Shown in pieces: positions 12,032-29,500 of a DNA stretch of 64,000 bases. A program made the position numbers and the translations under genes. Numbering within the stretch: position 1 is the stretch's first letter; every line of letters begins with the position of its first letter. The notes under the pieces are model-generated. The model saw only the letters and a list, made by a program, of their open reading frames with translations, was not told the DNA's origin and did no database searches. Source of the stretch: Macrostomum lignano (taxonomy: Eukaryota); the NCBI GenBank assembly GCA_002269645.1, contig NIVC01003296.1, positions 1 through 64,000 of the forward strand. Reading direction: 5' to 3'.

Positions 12032-14881
12032 GCTGTCTGTAATTTTAAATAAATACTTGTCTTAAAGCCTAATCAATGCTTTGCAGCTCTCACAGACTAA
12101 CACTACGCTCGTAGCTTGTAAATTTTATAGATATATCGAAACAAAAATTGAAAGTGGCCAAATCGCTAGGTACTGAAATTGATGGAGAATGACAACACAC
12201 TATTTTCTAGTTGCTTTTCACCTAATAATAGCTAAATAGTTAACAGCAAGAGCGGGCAATGCGAAGACTTAAGAAGTAGACTTTCGTATAGTTCAAGCGA
12301 GGTTAGTAGTACATTAATACCCATGCTTTAAGGGCGTTAATGGGAAAATCAGAGGGCGCCGTTAGGACAAGGCGCCGAGGATTTCTCATTAACGCCCGCA
12401 AAGCATGGGTATTACTATCATTGTTTAGCAATTTGACGATCATTATTCACATTTTTAATGCAGAACAATACATTACTACAAACAATGTATTGCCTGTAGG
12501 ATCGTCAAACAGAAAAACAATGCAAAGAATCAGCGGTCCCAGTGCGTGACAACGATTGTCTGGCGAGCGCCGTTATTTATCCATTAACTGCCCGCTAATT
12601 TGCATTAAAGTAAGTGTGACTCCTGCAAGCGGGCTTCAATGTAGTTTATGGCATTAAAAGGCAAGAATAAGTGCCCAGCGGGCACAAAGGTCATGGTACA
12701 ATGGAGGAATCCAGCACGCTGACGAGTGCGTCAATGGCTGAAACACGAGTGCGCGTAGCGCACGAGGGTTTTTGCCATAGACGCACAAGTCAAAGTGCTT
12801 GATTCCCATTCTTATTTGATCCAACATGTGTGGCTAAAGTAGACAAGGGTGGAGCTGGGGTGTGGAGTTAGACTTGAACCATAGACAAAATATGCGCGAG
12901 CTAGTCTGAACATTCTTGCACGATGGAAAGAAGATTATGCTTGTAGTCTATGGCTGTTATGCTAAATATAGAAACATTGCGCATTACATTCTTGCACGAT
13001 TGACATTCCTGCACGGAGTGCACATGTAAATCCAAGGTGCTTTTACCATAGACACTTGCATTTCTGCACGCATATGGCGACTTCCAAAGCATTCTTGCAC
13101 GCTGGATCAAATAAGAATGCCTATAATAGTTGCCTCAACCCAGCTACTGGTAATGCTTGGCTTTGTGACAAAAAGCTTCCTGACAAACTTCTATCGATCG
13201 ATCGCTACATGTCTATGGCCTTTAGCTAAACTGGCACCATAGAACCCTCTGCTTCCTCGCAAAGTTCCATGACAACGAGAAATAAATCAATTTAAGGACG
13301 AGTTTAAGGCCTAGATAGCCAAGTTGGACATAAACTACTTGAGTCATTTTGTCGTCAATTATATTCGAACAGGACTCATCAGGACTTAACACTGGCTAAG
13401 AGATAAAAAACTAAATAGATAAATGTATCCAGATATACATTTTAAATTGCACTCTGCCATCGTTAGCACGCGTTTTGTCCAAATTGGCGTCGTAAGCTTA
13501 AATTCAGAAGAAAAGTGCTTCCAATCCAGGTCACACCCTGTCCACTCGGCATAGAAGTCCATGCTGAGATTTTAGCGAACCAACTAAAAAACGTTAAGAC
13601 AATTTGTTTATTAGGCAGCCATAGCAAGAGCGCTGCGGGACAAAAACCGCGCCTCTTCAATTGAAACCACAGTGTTCACACCTTCATTCACAGCCCACCT
13701 GCAGAGCAAACTGTGAAGCAAAGCAAGAAGAAAAACCCAATTAAATTGTTATCTAATTAAACTAAACCTAGCAGACCATAAGCTCAGCAGACAAAGCAGA
13801 CTTTATTCTCATTGAAATAAAATAAAACAACCTAAAAGCAAATTTTTATACAGAATGTTATTTAGAAGTGGGGCAAGACTGATTGCGAAACACGGAGAGT
13901 AATTTAGCTTGCAACGTTTTAAGCTAATTATCCGTTGCTATTATTATTATTTAAATGATCATGCACTCGCTTTACAGGAAGCCACAACAAAGGTTAAGGG
14001 TTAGCGAATTCGGGATAATCTAATTAGCTTGAAACAAAGCAAATTGCGCAGCATTTGCCCCGCCCACAGATACGAGAATAACTAAATGGACCACTCCGCA
14101 CATTTGCATGTAAGCTACTTTCAGGTCAGTAGCAAGTTAAACTGAAGCATTTTAATGTATTTTTAAAGCCAAGGCTCATTTTATTGGCTCTTACCCCTTC
14201 CCCCCCAGCTTCAAGCCTCCAACCGCGACTTTCCACACTACCCCCCGCCCCGCCCCAATTTTTATTGCCTTTCTCGGAATTCCAGCCTAAAGCTGCCATG
14301 TACATTTCAGTGGACTGGCTAATGTACATTATTGCTGAACCAATTAGCAAGTTGTTTACGCCTGCAAGCTTGGGCTTCTAAACTTATCAAATTCATTTCA
14401 GCTGGCCTTTTTTATAAAATAGCCTTTGTATTCTTCTTTGCTACTGAACTGAAAGTAGAACGCTGTTTTACTTGCCTGTGGCCCATCCAGTTATTCTACA
14501 ATAGTATCTGTGGCCGCCTAAGCAGGATACGATTAACTGTGTAAAAAGCAAGTAAGATATGCTTTTAATCAGACTTGAGGATATGCGCTGGATGCAATGG
14601 GAACATTAAATATAATATATAGAAAACACTGACAAAGCAGAAAAATACAAACTCCCCAAGCATTAGTAAGTGAGAAAATTGCTAACAATGACTGGGGCAC
14701 TACTAAGAGGGCTGTAGACATAAAAAATAACAATTTTTTAACGCACAACAATTCAAGTGAAAGATGATTGCGTCACACAGAACTAAAGGGAACACGTTTC
14801 AGAGTTTAATCAGACAGAAACAAACAAACCAAGCGACACAGAACAAGTTTTTGTTATAAACAACAAGTTACAATGGATCTT

Positions 14882-20282
<5,401 letters not shown>

Positions 20283-20961
20283 TGTGGTTGAAGTTTATTA
20301 TAGAATATCAATACCAATATGTTAATAAGACTTATCTAGTACTATTTTAAAAAACAAAAAGTTTATGCAGTGTACTACTAGGTCTTCCAAAACTGCAAGC
20401 AGCCAAAAGGTGAGCCTAAAGTCTCTAAAAGGCGTTTACTGTTTTCTAAAATTCTGCCTTAATAAATATTTTTTATCAACTAAGACAGACAGACGAAGAC
20501 AGTAGAGAACGTACTATAAGTAAAACTCTGTAGTTAGCAATGTTTTTGAAAGTTTTTATCAGTAGTTCCTAGAAAAAATAAAACAAGACATAATTATTAA
20601 TAATGAAAACAACAGTTAATTTTTTTTTGAAAATAAATATTTAAATTTTAAATTTTAACATTTTTGATAAATAACTTTGTAAAAATTTTGTTTAACTTTA
20701 AAAAATTAAAACAAAAGCTGTTCTTAACAGCTCCTAAATAGATTTGTTTACAAAGTCAACCCTCTTTGCTTTCAAAATATTTTTCAGAACTTTTGAACAA
20801 TTAAAATATTTCAGTTACTTTTTTACTGCTAGTCTTATAAACATTTTAAATTACATTGTGCTTTTGTCTCGCGCGATCTTTTTTACCATTATCGTATTAT
20901 TGCATTTTCAATCAGCAATACATTTACTTTCGAATCTTTGTCAACGATCGGAAATAAAGCA
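20283..20961. promoter_or_regulatory. Putative bidirectional promoter shared by PP2A-C (-) and RACK1 (+)
   Basis: Divergent start codons only 679 bp apart. The region is AT-rich. Transcription start sites are not determinable from sequence. Confidence 0.7.
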
Positions 20962-23900
20962 ATGGCAGAGCACATGCAATACAAGGGCCAGCTCATTGGT
21001 CACAATGGCTGGGTAACCCAGATCGCTACTAATCCACAATTTCCAAATATGATTCTTTCTGCCAGTCGGGGTAAGGATTTTTTCTTTTTGTATAAGTGGA
21101 TTCTTAGTCAATGGTTTGACTTTAAGATTAACTTTTAATCAGTGATCTTGCCTATATTATTACCTGTCAAATTACTAGTATAAAGACATGTTTACCTTTT
21201 GACTAATTTATAGAACTTTTTATCAAAAGAACAAAAGTTTAGGATCCAGGACAATTTGTTTGCTGGACTATTTAAATGACTAGGCTTAGTGGCAGTGGAA
21301 TATTTATCTGCTGGTGCTAAATAATGAATAATAATTTATAAATAAAAAATGTCATTGTAATGATTAAGTCTTAAGTCTTAATTATTAGGGATTGACCAAC
21401 TGTGATTTTTGTATGCATGATTGGAACTAGACCATAGTGTTGAACACTGTTAATGAAAATATTAACTTCCATTAATGGCAAAAGTGTTGGCATTAAAACA
21501 AAAAATCTTAATTTAGTAACTCTTAATTTTGTTAAGTTAAATAAAGGTTAACTAATAATTGGTTAATAAGCATTAATCTATTAAAGACTTTAAAGTTAAC
21601 TTGATTTAAAGATCCAAAAATTTTAAGATTTCTTGCACTTTTTTTCAAAACAGACTTTCTAATGCACTGTCTGCTTTTCCACCTTTTTAGTGAAACACTG
21701 AGGTCATCTAAAAGATTTATAAGCTAAAAAAGGTGTCCTAATAAATAATAATTTTAAAAACTTTATGTATAAATACTTTTATAAAAAATATATAATTTAT
21801 TAATTTAAGTAAGTAAATGGTAAAAGAAGTAACTCTTATTTAATTCTTATTAAGTAACTTTATAGTAATGATACGAAATGTGACTTGTGGATAGATAAAC
21901 AGGTGTATTTTGTGTATGAATCACCTTGTCTTGTGTGTCTGTGGTCAGCAAAAGTTGGGACTTTGCAACCCAAATGTGGCGCCAAAAAATGCATCAAGCA
22001 TGCTCTAGTCTAGGGGGGCATTAGCTACATAGAATATATGTGGCTCATTGATGTGCCGCTATAGAAATGAAAACTTCTCCCACAAAAAATCTGCATAGAG
22101 AAATTTGAAATACAGTTACATGTATACTACAGGAGCAATTTGATTGGCCAAATATTTTTATTAAAAATGACATTACTTAGCATTGGGTGTTGACAAAATG
22201 CAATGCAGGCAAATCTGTTGCAACTCACAAGGCTACATGTACGAGTAAATGCAGCACTAAAGGAAAAAGCATTGCAGAAATCTCCACGGGCAAATTGCAC
22301 TGCGGGAAAATCTCGGCAGGAAAAGCTCAGCGGGCAAATCTGCGCAGGCAAATCTGTGGGCAAATCTCGGTGGGCAATTTGTCTGCGGGCATTTCTCATG
22401 GACCCAGCTCGGCACCCTGTGTTGCTCTATGTACTCTGGCTATTGGGAGTTAGAAGAAATTTTATTGGCATTTTCAAAAGTTTAGTAGTATTGTACTATT
22501 GGGAATATTAAAAAATAATGAAATATGCCTAGACCAAATACCAACCTACCTTTCCAAGTTTATGGAAATCATGCCCCTATCAACCTATGCTCCATTAACT
22601 CAATTCTCAATGCTCCACTTCTCTCAAAGCCTCAAATCTAAGCAAAATGTGTTTGCAACTTCTTAAGCACCCTTAAAATATGCTATATGTCCTTTATTTA
22701 ATTCGTTTCATTCCTTTTTGAGTCAAGCCCATAACCCCTAATATTCTTAACTTTTCAAACTCAAACTTCTCATTCCTCCATTCCTTTTAAAGCCTTTTCA
22801 AAACTTAAGAGCATAATTATCCTTAATTCCTTCTTTCATTTATTTGCCATACTGCTTATACCAAAACCCAACTCTTGACTTAGTGATTGGCATATGTATG
22901 CTTGAATTTTCAAGCATAAAGGCCACATGCTAGACAATGGAAGTAAATACCCTAGAAATTTTTTGTCTATATATATTGTATATTGCAACTATCTATTTGG
23001 TCAACAGTCTATTTTGGTAAAAAAATTGTTAGTCATTATAGCAACCACAACCAACCATTATAGCAACCAAAACTGACATGAAGTTCCATTTTTAAAATGT
23101 TAATTTCTTTGTATATTTTGTTGACAAGTAAAAAAAATAATAGGAAAATTTCTAATGTCTAAGCAATGACATTGGCAAGAAGTTCCTTTTCAAATTAATT
23201 ACATTGATTTTTCTCTGTGTATTGTTGAAAGTATAGTCCCTGATTACATAATAGAATATTTTTTATTCAATTTCTCCATTTTATTTTTTCTATAGTAAAA
23301 TGGTTCTATCTAACAATTTGTTACTATGGCAGTACATGGTACGCGCCTTAACTTTGTATGCAGCATGCTATTTGCATACACGTGCAGTCTCTTAAATTAC
23401 ATCAAAATAAGAGCAAAGTAAGAAATCTTATTGGGGATTCTAATTAACCATGCGATCTGGTTGACAATTTTAGACAAAAGTCTCATCATGTGGGAGCTGA
23501 ACCGCGGCGAGAACTACGGCGTGCCTAAGCGCGCTTTACGCGGCCACAATCACTTCGTGTCGGATGTCGTGATGTCATCTGATGGCCAGTTTGCCCTGTC
23601 CGGCTCCTGGGACAGCACCCTGCGTCTGTGGGATCTCACAACCGGCCTCACAACTCGTCGATTCACTGGCCACACTAAGGACGTCCTGTCCGTGGCGTTT
23701 AGCGCCGATAATCGCCAGATCGTGTCCGGCTCGCGCGATCGCACTATCAAACTGTGGAATACGCTGGGAGTGTGCAAGTACACCATCACCGAGGACAATC
23801 ACTCTGACTGGGTTAGCTGTGTGAGGTTCTCGCCGAACACGGCCAATCCAATTATTGTCAGCGCCGGTGTTGACCGTCTAGTTAAGGTGTGGAACCTGAC

Positions 23901-24327
23901 CAACTGCAAGTTGCGCACCAATCACATTGGGCACAGCGGCTACCTCAACACTGTTGCTGTCAGCCCCGACGGCAGCCTGTGCGCCTCCGGTGGCAAGGAC
24001 GGCAAAGCCATGCTATGGGACCTGAACGAGGGCAAGCATCTGTACACCCTGGACGGTGGCGAGAGCATCAACACGCTGACCTTCTCGCCTAATCGCTACT
24101 GGTTGTGCGCGGCTACCGGTCCTCTAATTAAGATCTGGGATCTGGAGAACAAAGTGGTTGTTGACGATCTGCGCACCGAGGTTGTGGCCACTAGCACTAA
24201 TCTGAAGCGCAAACCAGCTAGTCCAGAGTGCCTGTCGCTTGCCTGGAGTGCCGACGGTCAGACCCTTTTCGCTGGCTACTCGGACAATGTAATCCGCGTC
24301 TACGGTGTCACCGTGTCTGCCCAGTAG
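20962..24327 (+). CDS. RACK1: Receptor for activated C kinase 1 (WD40, 40S ribosomal); exons 20962-21070 and 23474-24327 (320 aa)
   Basis: [36 protein letters not shown]|DKSLIMW…[24 protein letters not shown]…[20 protein letters not shown]. Phase-1 GT-AG intron. AATAAA at 24381. Confidence 0.97.
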
Positions 24328-24784
24328 CTTAGGCCTATTGATATTTCACCGATTCCCGACCAAAACCCGCGAACTCCTTTAATAAAAAGTTGTGTTTTTT
24401 TGCTTCTCTGTCTCTCTTTTCATCTAGTGCGCGATCGATTGTAAGCTGATCTTCTACTAGTTAGTAGTGTAGTCAGGCAATAAAACAGAGATCGGTTCGA
24501 GATTAAACAAATACCAGCTGTGAAAACTAGCAGAAGCGAAATGTGTTCCGGCGTGACTTCAGCGCGTATGGAGGATTGTTATAAAAAAGTAAAATCCAAC
24601 TTGGTTTGAAATTTTCTCGCGATGGCTAAGCCGAGTCTCTGGACTGTTTGTGACAGTTCTTGAATTTGCATTGGATATGAAAAATGCGTTCTTTTATCTG
24701 GTTTTTATCCGTCTTATTTATTTTTCCGATATCAGGCATCTAGCTCTTCAGTCTTTGCCACTCTCCGATTTACTCAAAACCCCT

Positions 24785-26258
24785 CGGATCCAGCCTCCCA
24801 GACTCAACAGATCCAGCCTCCCAGACTCAACAGATCCAGCCTCTCTGACTCAACAGATCCAGCCTCCCAGACTCAACAGATCCAGCCTCCCAGAATCAAC
24901 AGATCCAGCCTCTCTGACTCAACAGATCCAGCCTCCCAGACTCAACAGATCCAGCCTCCCAGAATCAACAGATCCAGCCTCTCAGAATCAACAGATCCAG
25001 CCTCCCAGACTCAACAGATCCAGCCTCCCAGACTCAACAGATTCAGCCTCCCAGACTCAACAGATCCAGCCTCCCAGAATCAACAGATCCAGCCTCCCAG
25101 ACTCAACAGATCCAGCCTCCAGAATCAACAGATTCAGCCTCCCAGACTCAACAGATCCAGCCTCTCTGACTCAACAGATCCAGCCTCCCAGACTCAACAG
25201 ATCCAGCCTCCCAGACTCAACAGATCCAGCCTCTCAGACTCAACAGATCCAGCCTCCCAGACTCAACAGATCCAGCCTCCCAGAATCAACAGATCCAGCC
25301 TCTCAGAATCAACAGATCCAGCCTCTCAGAATCAACAGATCCAGCCTCCCAGACTCAACAGATCCAGCCTCCCAGAATCAACAGATTCAGCCTCCCAGAC
25401 TCAACAGATCCAGCCTCTCTGACTCAACAGATCCAGCCTCCCAGAATCAACAGATCCAGCCTCTCAGACTCAACAGATCCAGCCTCCCAGAATCAACAGA
25501 TCCAGCCTCCCAGACTCAACAGATCCAGCCTCCCAGACTCAACAGATCCAGCCTCCCAGACTCAACAGATCCAGCCTCTCTGACTCAACAGATCCAGCCT
25601 CCCAGACTCAACAGATCCAGCCTCTCTGACTCAACAGATCCAGCCTCCCAGACTCAACAGATCCAGCCTCCCAGACTCAACAGATCCAGCCTCCCAGACT
25701 CAACAGATCCAGCCTCCCAGACTCAACAGATCCAGCCTCCCAGAATCAACAGATCCAGCCTCTCAGAATCAACAGATCCAGCCTCTCAGAATCAACAGAT
25801 CCAGCCTCCCAGACTCAACAGATCCAGCCTCCCAGAATCAACAGATTCAGCCTCCCAGACTCAACAGATCCAGCCTCTCTGACTCAACAGATCCAGCCTC
25901 CCAGAATCAACAGATCCAGCCTCTCAGACTCAACAGATCCAGCCTCCCAGACTCAACAGATCCAGCCTCCCAGACTCAACAGATCCAGCCTCCCAGAATC
26001 AACAGATCCAGCCTCTCTGACTCAACAGATCCAGCCTCCCAGACTCAACAGATCCAGCCTCTCTGACTCAACAGATCCAGCCTCCCAGACTCAACAGATC
26101 CAGCCTCCCAGACTCAACAGATCCAGCCTCCCAGACTCAACAGATCCAGCCTCCCAGACTCAACAGATCCAGCATCTCAGACTCAACAGATCCAGCCTCC
26201 CAGACTCAACAGATCCAGCATCTCAGACTCAACAGATCCAGCCTCACAGACTCAACAG
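24785..26258. repeat. 23-bp satellite array (CCAGCCTCCCAGACTCAACAGAT) between the convergent 3' ends of RACK1 and the neurotactin-like gene
   Basis: About 64 copies seen directly. Confidence 0.97.
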
Positions 26259-26500
26259 GTGGTCGGCCCATCATTTTCCTCAGCTAAACGAAGTTATCAA
26301 TTTTTTTCAAAAGAGAATTTCAGCTATTTCATACACGAAACGAATTAATTACGTAGTAAGCATAGGGTCTCTAGTTTTTTTTTATAGTTGCTATTATTTA
26401 GAGTAAGTTTTCAGTAACTTTGAAAAATCGGAAGAGGAACAGTTAGAAATTCAATGAAATAACGATTTTGCGTTCAACAAGTCCAATAATCAATCAGGAT

Positions 26501-29500
26501 TCAGATTGTGGTTCTTAGTTTCGGGAATTTGTCGTAGCGCACAGTGTCGCAATAGGCCAACATGTCGTCCGGTGGGGTGGACCAAATCTGTCCATTTGCG
26601 TCTGCTAGCACTGTGTAGTCGTCTTCAACCGTGCTCCAACTTGACGGCGGTATACCGCTGCTGGCAAAAGTACTTAATGCACTTTGCATATGCTGCATCA
26701 GAGCCTGATCGCGCCGGTCCCAGCTATCAGCTGCGCGCGGCGCCGTGCCCAGCATGAGGAGCAGGTCGAGGCCGTAGAATGCTCCCGTGTGCTTGCTGGC
26801 GCCGCCGATGGCTAGAAATTTCGACGGGTATTTCAGACTGTAGCGCTGCACAAAGTGATAGATTGGCGAGCTGCGTTTGGCCTGCTTAACTAGGGATTTT
26901 GCCAGGTAGCGATAGGGGCAGATGAAGCGCAATAGGGTGGCCGCTCTGGCTGCGGTTAGCAGGCCCTGCGGGAGATTGCACAGATATTGAGACTTTCAAC
27001 GCCCGTTGAAAGCGTTACTTTGGCAAGAATCGCGGGGTCGTTTCACAAACCTAAAATTTACAATGCCGAAAACTCAGAATGCCGCTAATCTTGTCAGTAA
27101 AATTTGTCATCATGAAATTTTTTTCGACATTGTAAAATTTCGGTATTATGAAATGGGCTGCATAAATTTTCGACAACATGAAATTTCTGATTCTAATCCA
27201 TAAAGTTATGCAGAACGCCTCAAATTAAACCATTAACGACTTTTTGCATGGCGACTTGTACTGTGACATCAGGTCGTGTATAGATCGGTCCTATATTAAT
27301 TTTACGTGTTATCTGCAAGACTGCAACGACTCTGGGGACAACGCAAATGGCTCTGTGACAATTCTTGGCCTAGATTCCGGTTTTATGAGGAAAGAAAAGA
27401 AGAAATGCTTCAGATTAACTTGCTACTGAACTGAAAGTAGCTTGCACGCAAAATGTGCTGAGTGGCCCATCTGGTTATTCTCGTATCTGTGGTCACAACT
27501 TGTATTTCTCTCACGTTGACGGGGTCACCATTTTGCCAGGTGCGGTCCTGTCCTATCGCAGCTATAGGATGAACTGGAGCTCACAATGGTAGATTGCGTA
27601 GTAGGTAAGGGACTGAAATAATGGCGCACTCGTGTTTGGCCATTATTTCAGTCCCTACTACGCAACGTTATTGTCTATAAGACACAGAGGCCATTATTTC
27701 AGCATAGCGTAGTCTGGCGGCCATTATTTCAGCGTGCCGGAAGCGGTCATTATTTCACATTTTTTATCACGCTTTAATTGGCTGTTTTGCGAGTTATTTT
27801 ACCCATAGATGACTGAGATGTGTGTCGTATTTTGACCATAGACATCACTGTGATGAGTGCTGATTTCGTTTGCGTCTTGCAAGAAATCAGGAAAGCGGGT
27901 AGTACGAGTGAAAGCTACTTGTCTTGCCAAACAACCATGGCTGGTGCATCTCGTCAAACAGCCCCGCTTATTAATTGGAAAAATTTTCTTGTCAACGACT
28001 GAACGAACCGTGCGACCCATGCTTCAGTGGAGATGACACAGGAGATGCGGGTGAAGCATGGTAAGCATAATGTGTCAACATTTTAAGTAAATTAGTGGCT
28101 ACACTAATGGCTATATGAAACTGAATTTTTTACAATGTCCATTTATCTGCAGGTCGGATGGATTCGGAACGCGCAGTTCGCTTCTTCGAGAACTGCCACT
28201 TCAAGGATTGCACGTTTCAGTTTTAATGAGCAACTTCTGATGAACAGTCTATGACTACTTTGTTGTTTTTGTGCTTAATGTGTGCGTTTTCCATTGTTTG
28301 TTAGCTAAAATGTCTTGACTATCCTTTTTTCAGTGTATTCCAGAATGCCATTTAGACAGTTTGCGATTATTCCATTATGTCAGTTTATAAATGCATAGTT
28401 AACTAATCGTCTATGGTTCAAACGCCTGCTAAAGCTGAAATAATGGCCAGTTGAGCTTGTCATTACGCCAGGCTGTGTCTTATGGACAATGGTACAGATG
28501 CTAGATATTCAAGGGTGAAATAAGTGTGGATTATTGGCTATAAAAAGTGTAAAATAATGACATTTGTGCTATCCAGTCAGCATGGGTTACTTTCATTAGA
28601 TCGAAATTTCACGTTTTTCCGACGTTGTGAATTTTCGAGCTTTTGAAACGCAACCGTCAGCAGCAGCAGCCCATGCATCGGCTGCGTGCAGTGCGACTCG
28701 GCGCGGATGATATATATCCTGTCTAAGCTGCCAGAGCTTAGACGGAGCAGGCGGACGCGGCGATAAAGTGCGACAGCATGCATTCAAAGGTACTCATCAA
28801 TATTAGCAAACCTGCGAGTCCGAGCGCGACATATCGGGCCGTTTTAGACGAGCAATCAGCCGATCAGGACTGCCGGCTAGTTCCAGATCCTTGACCGTTT
28901 TTAGAACTTTCTGCCAGACTTTATGCCACTTGTCCGAGGCCCGGAAGCCGGGAAAACCTTCATAGTGATCGGCTACGTTGCCAAATACTATGGGAATGTC
29001 GTCCCACGAGCCCAAGCCCAAAGGACCTGCCTCAGTGGGCGAAGAGATCAGAGTGACACTGTCCGGTGACAGCCATTCTAGCGGGGCCGGCGAAGCTTTG
29101 GTGTTGCCGGACACGGACAGGCTGCCCTGTTTGGTCAGTCCGGCCAGGCTTGGCCACCAGTCCTCCAGGTAGCCGGTGCGAGTCCACGCCTTGAATACGT
29201 CTTCGTTCGATGTCAGGTAGACGAGCAGGCGGCCCTTCGATGATAACAGTCGGGCTTCAGTCAGCGTGCATTCATACTAGTAAAAACCGCCAGCGGCGGA
29301 CTGTAAAAGCTCTGGGGGGACATGCCAATGCTTTGTCCCCCACCTCACCTTGTGAGTCGTTGTGGTAATCAATAACTTTTCTTCAGGGCGCCAATAGCGC
29401 CATGAGTGCCTGCGGCGCTAAAATGAGTGCCTGCGGCGCTAAAATGAGTGCCTGCGGCGCTAAAATGAGTGCCTGCAGCGCTAAAATGAGTGCCTGCAGC

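Noticed and set aside
24650-25882. 410-aa plus-strand ORF (QQIQPPRLNRSSLPDSTDPAS repeats)
   Set aside because: Translation of the 23-bp satellite lying between two 3' gene ends.
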